NCBI GenBank assembly: GCA_963815195.1
Contig: CAWFGE010000013.1
Location: forward strand, 32,001 to 96,000
DNA from: an uncultured Planctomycetaceae bacterium
Lineage (GTDB): Bacteria; Planctomycetota; Planctomycetia; Planctomycetales; Planctomycetaceae
Reading direction: 5' to 3'
DNA: 64,000 nucleotides
Part shown: positions 56,920 through 64,000 of the stretch, piece by piece
Layout: every line of letters begins with the position of its first letter
How positions within the stretch are numbered: position 1 is the first letter of the stretch
Notes under the pieces: generated by a model
What the model saw: the letters and a program-made list of their open reading frames with translations, nothing else
The model's database searches: none
Told to the model about the DNA's origin: nothing
Position numbers and translations under genes: made by a program

Positions 56920-58953
56920 ATGACCGAATCGCGAAAGCCTTTGGACCGGGCGAAAGAGTTTTTCCGCAATGTGCGGCCGGGAGGGAAGGCGAGCCCGTCG
57001 GCGAAACCCGCCCCCAGGTCCCGGCGGTCCGTGTCGGACAAAGACGCTCCCAAATCGGAAGATTCCAAGACGAAGAAAAGGCACCGCACGCTCAAGTCCG
57101 AAAGCCGGGAGTCGATGGAAGCGGTGGTGGTCGCGTTCATCTTGGCGTTTCTGTTTCGCACCTTTGAAGCCGAGGCCTTCGTGATTCCCACCGGCTCGAT
57201 GGCCCCCACGCTGTTGGGCCGGAACAAGGAAGCCTATTGCCCGCAATGCGGCGAGCACATCGTGGTGGGGGCCAGCGAAGAGATCGACCAGGAAACGGGC
57301 CGGTTGTCCCAGCAGAACGGGCGCGTGGAATCGGCCTTCTGCCCGAATTGCCGGTACGAGGTGCTCATGTTCGATCAGCCCGTGTTCACCGGCGATCGGA
57401 TTCTGGTGACGAAGTTTCCTTATGAAATGGAAGACCCGGACCGGTTCGATGTGATTGTCTTCAAATATCCGCAGGAGCCGCAGACAAATTACATCAAACG
57501 CCTGGTGGGGTTGCCGGGCGAGGAAATCCAAATCCGCCAAGGCGATTTGTATCGGACCGCCGCGAAAGGCGGGCCGCTCAAGATCCTGCACAAAGACCAT
57601 CCCAACAAGCAGCGCGTGCTGCAACTTTTGGTTTACGACAACGATCACGCCGAACGGGGCCTGCACGAGGCCGGCTGGCCGGAGCGGTGGGCCGCGGTCC
57701 GGCAAACCGGGACGGAGGAAACCCGGCCCGGCGCGGTGATTGCGGGCTGGGAAGACGACCCCGCAGGCTGGGTGCTCGACGAGGAAGCCCGCGCGTTCCT
57801 GCTCAGCGGCGATAAAGCGGGCCGCGACTTCAAATGGCTCAGGTATCGGCATATTGTCCCCGCCCCGGACGATTGGGCCGCTTGGGAAGAAGCCAACCAG
57901 CGAAACGTGATGGCCGAGCTTTCCCCGTGGGAACGGCTGCAAATCGTCACCGATTTCTGCGGCTACAACGCCTACAGCGGGACCGCCGGCTCGCACGATC
58001 ATGGGGCGGGCTATTATTGGGTCGGGGATTTGACGCTGAATTGCCAGGTCCACGTCGAAGAAACCGACCAGGGCCAATTGCTCTTGGAACTCAACGAAGG
58101 CCCGCGCCAATACCGCTGCCGATTCGATCTGACGACCGGCGAGGCGGTGCTGTTTTATCCCGACGCCCGCAGCCGGGCTGAAAACGACGTGATCACATTG
58201 GGCAGCGCCCAAACCCCCGTGACGGGGCCGGGGACTTACGAATTGAGCTTCGCCAATGTGGACAACCGGCTGTGCCTTTGGGTGAATGATGAATTGATCG
58301 ACTTCGGTACCGGCGACCAGGGCCGGCCGAACGGGGAATACCAGCCGTTCGGCGGCATCGGGCTTCGGCAGGCTCCGAACGATCGCGATTTGATCCCCGT
58401 GGGCATCGCCGCGAAGGGCGCGGCCGTCGAGGTTTCGCATTTGAAAATCCAACGGGACATTTACTACCGGGCCGAATACATCACCTACAACCCCGAAGTG
58501 GCGATGAATCATCCCGATTATCAAGGGACGAGCCATAACGAGTACCAAGGCTCGCCCGGGGTGCTTTTGGATTTGGTGTCCCGGCCCGCCGAGTGGTACA
58601 AGGAATATTCCAACAACAGCGAGCCGGCCGTCAGCTTTGAGCGGTTGGGGCCGGACGAGTTCTTTGTGCTGGGCGACAACAGCCCCCGCAGCAAGGACAG
58701 CCGATTGTGGACGCCGGAGCGTCCCGGCACCCGGCTCGAACCCCGCATGGCGCCGCGGAGCCACGCGGTTCCCCGCGATGCCCTCGTCGGCAAGGCGTTC
58801 TACATCTACTGGCCGCACGGCAAACCGTTCCTCAACGGCGGCAAAGGCTTTCCGATTACCTATCACGAAAACGGGAAGGGCGAAACCACCGATTACCCGA
58901 GCTTCCGCTTCCCGTTCTACCCCAATTTCAGCCGCATGAGGCGGATTCGATGA
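56920..58953 (+). CDS. lepB: Signal peptidase I (S26) with zinc-ribbon and large insertions, copy 2
   Basis: TGSMAPTL, YIKRLVGLPGE, LGDNSPRSKDSR; CPQC...CPNC insert. Confidence 0.9.
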   Translation: MTESRKPLDRAKEFFRNVRPGGKASPSAKPAPRSRRSVSDKDAPKSEDSKTKKRHRTLKSESRESMEAVVVAFILAFLFRTFEAEAFVIPTGSMAPTLLGRNKEAYCPQCGEHIVVGASEEIDQETGRLSQQNGRVESAFCPNCRYEVLMFDQPVFTGDRILVTKFPYEMEDPDRFDVIVFKYPQEPQTNYIKRLVGLPGEEIQIRQGDLYRTAAKGGPLKILHKDHPNKQRVLQLLVYDNDHAERGLHEAGWPERWAAVRQTGTEETRPGAVIAGWEDDPAGWVLDEEARAFLLSGDKAGRDFKWLRYRHIVPAPDDWAAWEEANQRNVMAELSPWERLQIVTDFCGYNAYSGTAGSHDHGAGYYWVGDLTLNCQVHVEETDQGQLLLELNEGPRQYRCRFDLTTGEAVLFYPDARSRAENDVITLGSAQTPVTGPGTYELSFANVDNRLCLWVNDELIDFGTGDQGRPNGEYQPFGGIGLRQAPNDRDLIPVGIAAKGAAVEVSHLKIQRDIYYRAEYITYNPEVAMNHPDYQGTSHNEYQGSPGVLLDLVSRPAEWYKEYSNNSEPAVSFERLGPDEFFVLGDNSPRSKDSRLWTPERPGTRLEPRMAPRSHAVPRDALVGKAFYIYWPHGKPFLNGGKGFPITYHENGKGETTDYPSFRFPFYPNFSRMRRIR

Positions 58954-58961
58954 CCTTTGCG

Positions 58962-59041
58962 GGGTGGCACGCCCCTGAGGAACGAAGGGCGTGGCGATCG
59001 CGAAGACCACGCCCTTCGCTTCGCTCAGGGGCGTGCCACCC
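58962..59041. repeat. REPIN-like inverted REP doublet (GGGTGGCAC family)
   Basis: GGGTGGCACGCCCCTGAG...CTCAGGGGCGTGCCACCC; each arm has an internal CACGCCC/GGGCGTG stem. Confidence 0.9.
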
Positions 59042-59090
59042 GGCCGCTGAAAAACCAATAACTGACACCGCGTCAAGGAGGACCTTCGAC

Positions 59091-59894
59091 ATGGCACTTT
59101 TGGAATGCATCGCATTGGTGAAGGATTACCCGGGCAAACGGGCCGTGGACGGGATTGACTTTTACGTCAACGAAGGCGAAATCGTCGGGCTCCTGGGCCC
59201 GAACGGTGCCGGCAAAACGACGAGCTTCCGCATGGCCTGCGGGTTTCTTTCGCCCACCAAGGGCAAAGTGCTCCTCAGCGGGACCGACGTAACGCATTGG
59301 GCGATGTACCGCCGAGCCCGGCACGGCATGGGCTTTCTGCCCCAGGAAGACAGCGTCTTCAAAAAGCTCACCGTCGAGCAAAACCTGTATGCGATTCTCG
59401 AATACCTGAAACTCAACCGCCGGGAGCGGCACGAGGAAGCCGACCGCCTGCTCGAGCAGTTCGGCCTCGAAACCAAACGCCGGCAAACCGCGTCCACTTT
59501 GTCCGGCGGGGAACGCCGGCGGCTGGAAATCGCCCGCTGCCTGGCGAGCAAGCCCTCGCTGATTCTCCTGGATGAACCCTTCACCGGAATCGATCCCGTG
59601 ACGATCAACGCCATCCAAGACATCATCCGCGAGCTGCGGAACGGCGGCATCTCCATTCTGCTCACCGACCACCGCGAACGCGAAACGCTGACAATCACCG
59701 ACCGCAGCTATATCGTCTGTGCCGGCAAAGTCCTCGTCAGCGGCGACGCCCAAACGGTGCTCAACGATCCCGGCGCCCAGCAGATGTATTTCGGAACCCG
59801 CTTCGACGGCGATTCGATCATCAAAGAGAAACAGTCCTTCAGCGTCGACCCCAAATCCCCCAACAAACCCGCCCCCGAACACCGCGCCGCCTGA
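59091..59894 (+). CDS. lptB: LPS export ABC transporter ATP-binding protein
   Basis: GEIVGLLGPNGAGKTT, LSGGERRRLEIARCL, LLDEPFTGIDP; RBS AAGGAGG. Confidence 0.92.
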   Translation: MALLECIALVKDYPGKRAVDGIDFYVNEGEIVGLLGPNGAGKTTSFRMACGFLSPTKGKVLLSGTDVTHWAMYRRARHGMGFLPQEDSVFKKLTVEQNLYAILEYLKLNRRERHEEADRLLEQFGLETKRRQTASTLSGGERRRLEIARCLASKPSLILLDEPFTGIDPVTINAIQDIIRELRNGGISILLTDHRERETLTITDRSYIVCAGKVLVSGDAQTVLNDPGAQQMYFGTRFDGDSIIKEKQSFSVDPKSPNKPAPEHRAA

Positions 59895-60127
59895 CGCCGC
59901 GAGAGTTATGAGCCGCAAAGCGGCTAAAACAGATCAAGATTTTCACCGATCGAATCGTCCCGAATCGAAAGAAGATAATTTTCGTCCCAATCGTCCTTTG
60001 CGTTCCTCGAAACCAGGGGGCTTACGCCCCCCGCTCGCCTTGCCCACTGGAAAGCTTTCTCATCGTGTTCTAAGATCGATAGGCAGGGAAGGGGTTCGAT
60101 TGCTGCTCCAACTTGCGGGAGTGCGTT

Positions 60128-60659
60128 TTGTTTGATGATTACGAACACGAACGGCGGATGCACGATGCCTGGCAGACGGTGCGCATCGAGCGGCCCGTGG
60201 AGTATTCGCTGTTCACGTTCGGCGAAACGGTGATGCCCTATTATCTGGTGCTGGGGGCGAAGCCGCCCGAGGACCTGGTCAAAATCCGCCGGGGCGACGT
60301 GCGGGTCGCGCGGGCCACGATTATCACGCCCGATTCGCTGCAGCCCGAGTTTCGGAACTTCTTTGAAGACGCCGAGTTTGAAAGCCTGATCGATTTCCTC
60401 CTGGCCCGGTCCGCGGCGTTTTCGAACCTGAAAGTCAGCAACAAACACGGCTCCGATCAGATTGTCTCCGACAGCGTCGAAGAGGCGGTCAGCAAGCTGA
60501 ACCGCCAGCTCGACGAGACCGAGGAAGACCGCGTGGCCATCTTCGAGCGCCCCGCCCCACCTCGCGGGCGTCGCGGTGCTGCGTTACACCGCCGAACGCA
60601 TCTGGCAAAGCACGCCCGGCAACGTGCAGGAACTCCGCGAACGCGGCTTTCTGCCGTAG
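60128..60659 (+). CDS. Hypothetical protein (frameshift near 60543)
   Basis: LFTFGETVMPYYLV...DRVAI continues after a shift as SAPPHLAGVAVLRY...ELRERGFLP-stop at 60657-60659. Confidence 0.7.
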
Positions 60660-60680
60660 CGTCCATTTCGAGGGTGGGGC

Positions 60681-61545
60681 ATGTTTGAGCGCGTCAGGCA
60701 ACTTTTGGAACTCATCCGCTTTAGCCATACCGTGTTCGCGCTGCCGTTCGCGCTGTTGTCGGCGGTCTTGGCCTGGCGGGAGGTTCCGTTTCGCGCGGGA
60801 TTTGATTGGCATTTTCCTCTGCATGGTCTGTGCGCGATCGGCGGCGATGGCGTTTAACCGGCTCGTGGACCGCCGGATCGACGCCGAGAACCCCCGCACC
60901 GAAAACCGGCATCTCCCCGCGGGTTCGTTGAGCGCCGGCGCGGTCGCGTTGTTTACGGTGTTGAGTTCGGCCGGGTTCGTGGCTTCCACGTTGCTGTTTT
61001 GGCCCAACCCGTGGCCGCTGCGGTTGTCGCTGCCGGTGTTGGCGTTTTTGTTGGGATACTCCTTCGCCAAACGCTGGACGGTGTGGTGTCACTATTGGCT
61101 CGCGGCGGCACTCATGCTCTCCCCCGTCGCGACCTGGATCGCCCTCGCCGGGACTGTGACCTGGCCGCCGGTGCTGTTGGCGGCGGTGATCTTTTTTTGG
61201 GTGGGCGGGTTCGACATCATCTACGCCTGCCAGGATGCCGAGTTCGATCAACAGCGGGGCCTGTTCAGCGTGCCTGCCCGCTGGGGAATCCCGGCGGCAT
61301 TAAAAATCGCGGCATTCAGTCACTTGTTGACGGTCGCCTGCCTCGTGGGTTTGTGGCTGACGGCGGGTCTCGGCCCGATTTTTCTCGCGGGCATCGCCGG
61401 GGTTTTGGTGCTGCTGGCCTACGAGCACCGCCTCGTCCGCCCCGACGATTTGGGCCGGGTGAACCTCGCGTTCTTTCACGTTAACGCGATCATCAGCGTG
61501 GGCCTGTTTCTCCTGGGCCTCGCCGACGTGCTCCTGCCGCGTTAA
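60681..61545 (+). CDS. UbiA-family prenyltransferase (4-hydroxybenzoate polyprenyltransferase/MqnP-like), frameshift near 60790
   Basis: IRFSHTVFALPFA; ARSAAMAFNRLVDRRIDAENPRT; FDIIYACQDAEFD. Confidence 0.9.
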
Positions 61546-61602
61546 CCAGCGCCAATTCCGTGAAAGTCAACATCAATTGGTGCAAGGCACCGGCGGAGCC
61601 AG

Positions 61603-61833
61603 CTATGTGTCCGGTCGGTCTTCCGACTTCTCGCTCGGCGACTCTCGACGGAGTGCCCATTTGAAGAGCGAGATGGTAATCACCAAGCCCGCAACCGTTA
61701 CGCCGACGCCAGCGAATATCTGAGTCGTGCCGCGCACTCCCTCGTGTGTGCCGAATTCTCGAACGAAGCCCGCGGCGACACCGGCCGTCCAAAGCGCTGC
61801 GACAATCGCGATGATGAGGCGGATGAATTTCAT
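61603..61833 (-). CDS. Small two-TM hypothetical protein
   Basis: MKFIRLIIAIVAALW...; two hydrophobic segments. Confidence 0.55.
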   Translation of the reverse strand: MKFIRLIIAIVAALWTAGVAAGFVREFGTHEGVRGTTQIFAGVGVTVAGLVITISLFKWALRRESPSEKSEDRPDT

Positions 61834-61870
61834 TGGCCCACTCGATTCGGCAGGCACATGCAGGTTGGAG

Positions 61871-64000
61871 CTACGCGGAGGCGACGCGTTGTTGCTCGGG
61901 GTATTTGATGCGGCCGTGGTAGATGCCGATGAGGGATTTGATCAGCGATTCTTCGACGGTGTGGATCTCGCTGAGTTTGAGCGAACACTCGTCGAACTGG
62001 CCGTCCAGGAGTTTTTTCAGCGTGATTTTGTGGACGAGGTTCTCGATGCTCGCGGGGGTCGGTTCGCTGAGCGTCCGGCTGGCGCTTTCCACGGTGTCGG
62101 CGAGCATCAAGACCCCGGCTTCGCGGGTTTGAGGTTTGGGGCCGGGATAGCGGAACAGCGACTCGTCGGCATCGGTGCGGTGATCGGGCTGGCTGTCGGC
62201 CTGCCTTGTGGCGGCGTTGTAGAAATACTCGACGAGCGTGGTGCCGTGGTGCTGCTCGATGAAGTCGATCAACTGCTCGGGCAGGTTGTGCTGCCGGGCC
62301 AGGTCGACGCCGTCTTTCACGTGGCCGATGATAATCAGCGTGCTCATGGCGGGGGCGAGATGCTCGTGCCGGCTCTCGTCGCCTTTCTTGATGTTCTCGA
62401 TGAAATACTGAGGTTTGAGCATCTTGCCGATGTCGTGGAAGTAAGCCCCCACGCGGACCAACAGTCCGTTGGCACCGATGGCGTCCGCCGCGGCTTCGCC
62501 GATGGAGGCCACGGTCATCGAGTGGTTGTAAGTCCCCGGGGCCCGGCGGACGAGTTCCTGGAGGAGCGGGTGCGAGACGTCGCTCATTTCCAGAAGGCTG
62601 ATGTCCGTCACCACGCCGAAGGCGGACTCGATAAACGGCAAACTGCCCGCGACGAGATACCCGGTGACCAGGCACCAGCCCGCGCCGCGGAGGCTCGACA
62701 TGAGCAGCGTCAAATCGCGCCAGGGGTTGGTGTAGGCCTGGTTTTCGATAATTCCCTGGCCGTAGGACACGAGAAAAAAGACCAGGCTGCTCCAGAAGCC
62801 GATCTTGATAATCGTGGACCGCGAGGGAATCTGCGTGAGCGTGAGGATGGACGTGGCGGAGACGCTCATCAAGACGACAAACTGTCCGAGGTCGGCCCGC
62901 GTGGACAGCGTGATCACCAAGCACAATGACAAGGCCATCAGCGTGGCGATAATCTGGTTGTAGGCGATGGCGAAGATCATCGCGACGGCGGTGATCGGAA
63001 TGACCTCGGCCCGCCAGGGATCGAAGGAAATCCAGCGCCCCAAGGCGGTCGCGGCCACAATGACCGCGAGAAACACCGCCAGCCGCCGGACGCTGGAGGC
63101 GATCTGGGGCTGGTTTCGCACGATGTAAAACCCGTTCAAACTCACCAGCACCACGAGCATGGCCGCCACGGTGCCAAACCGCAGGATTCGCTGCCCGGGC
63201 GTGGCCATCGTGCGCATGTGGTCGTATTCGGCCAAGAGCACGCCGAGCCGTTCTTCGTCGATTTGCTTGCCCGGCTCCACGAGCGGGTCTTTTTTGTGGT
63301 ATTCGTCGTATTGCTCCTTGGTGGCTTCGCGGGCCATCCGCTTGGCGAGCCGGGTGCGGTCTTCGTCGTACCGCAGGGTGACCGGCGTTTTCATGAGCAG
63401 CCAGCGCTTGAGGTACTTTTTCAAAGGGGCCAGTTCGGGGAAGTCGCGAAACTCCGTCGCGAGCCGGCCGGTGTCTTTGAGCAGTTCCCCGATCAAAACA
63501 TCTTCCGGATAGGCGACGTTCCAGGAGGCGGGGTCGTCTTTGCGGACAATGGTGATTTTGGTCTCGGACTTGATGCCTTGGTCCACCAGATCCGCCGGGT
63601 CTGCCACGCCGTATGCCCGGAGCGGTTCAATGAACCGCTGAAACTCCTGGACCAGCACATCGATGCGGTTGCCGTCCACGCCGTCTTCTTTGGAGACAAG
63701 CGCTTTGAGCGTATTGAACTGGGTGTGCATGTCCGCTTGCGGGGAATCGCTGGTTTGCGGGCTTTCCGGGACCTGGAGACCGAACACCGCCCGGGTCTGC
63801 GCGGGGACTTCGTCGACCGTTTTGGCCTGGGCGATGTCGGCGAGACTGCTGCGGAGGAGTGGAGCCAGGGCGTCCAGTTCTTTCGGGTCGTTCACGAAGA
63901 TGGGATTGACCATCTTCTCGGCTTCGACCCGGGCCAAATCCGTCTTGAAGCGGTTGGGGTGTTTGAAATCGACTTGGGCGAGGATGCCGTGATCGGCCCG
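61871..64000 (-). CDS. 7TM-HD phosphohydrolase (PgpH-like), 5' end outside the window
   Basis: Extracellular domain, multiple TM helices, APGTYNHS, FHDIGK, QHHGTT, LMLADTVE; frame open to 64000. Confidence 0.9.
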   Translation of the reverse strand, partial: RADHGILAQVDFKHPNRFKTDLARVEAEKMVNPIFVNDPKELDALAPLLRSSLADIAQAKTVDEVPAQTRAVFGLQVPESPQTSDSPQADMHTQFNTLKALVSKEDGVDGNRIDVLVQEFQRFIEPLRAYGVADPADLVDQGIKSETKITIVRKDDPASWNVAYPEDVLIGELLKDTGRLATEFRDFPELAPLKKYLKRWLLMKTPVTLRYDEDRTRLAKRMAREATKEQYDEYHKKDPLVEPGKQIDEERLGVLLAEYDHMRTMATPGQRILRFGTVAAMLVVLVSLNGFYIVRNQPQIASSVRRLAVFLAVIVAATALGRWISFDPWRAEVIPITAVAMIFAIAYNQIIATLMALSLCLVITLSTRADLGQFVVLMSVSATSILTLTQIPSRSTIIKIGFWSSLVFFLVSYGQGIIENQAYTNPWRDLTLLMSSLRGAGWCLVTGYLVAGSLPFIESAFGVVTDISLLEMSDVSHPLLQELVRRAPGTYNHSMTVASIGEAAADAIGANGLLVRVGAYFHDIGKMLKPQYFIENIKKGDESRHEHLAPAMSTLIIIGHVKDGVDLARQHNLPEQLIDFIEQHHGTTLVEYFYNAATRQADSQPDHRTDADESLFRYPGPKPQTREAGVLMLADTVESASRTLSEPTPASIENLVHKITLKKLLDGQFDECSLKLSEIHTVEESLIKSLIGIYHGRIKYPEQQRVASA

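Noticed and set aside
589..61545. Programmed frameshifting, phase variation or mass pseudogenisation as the cause of the many split ORFs
   Set aside because: The shifts examined fall in short homopolymers or GC dinucleotide runs and hit unrelated genes (UbiA, BlaI, hydrolase, redoxin, transposase) with no in-frame stops or decay. Long-read indel error is the simpler explanation; accurate reads are needed to exclude the alternative.

Overview
GC-rich bacterial DNA that looks like a planctomycete (LEDRTLLS export motif, DUF1501, DUF1559, BlaI/M56 pair, sulfatase). Many genes are broken by 1-2 nt indels in homopolymer or GC-dinucleotide runs, which points to long-read assembly error. The window has three zones. 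(1) 0.6-25.7 kb: one giant secreted adhesin-like gene (~8,300 codons once 8 frameshifts are bridged) with integrin-alpha/FG-GAP propellers, four PA14 domains, PKD, RTX and VCBS-type repeats. (2) 26.9-31.9 kb: an accessory locus in which a REP-associated HUH transposase (RAYT) and a truncated duplicate of it enclose an AT-rich cassette. The cassette is bounded by perfect 37-bp inverted REPs and holds a single dynamin-like GTPase gene, itself split by an IS4 element (17-bp TIRs, palindromic 11-bp target duplication). This REP-bounded cassette is the best candidate for an undescribed system: RAYT/REP-mediated gene capture, possibly of anti-phage genes. (3) 31.9-64 kb: mostly core genes (ilvB, sufE, purQ, GntP permease, ndh, two unusual tandem signal peptidases I, lptB, UbiA, 7TM-HD hydrolase) with several families of intergenic palindromes. 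I saw no rRNA, tRNA or CRISPR array. All calls are by motif reading; no database search was run.
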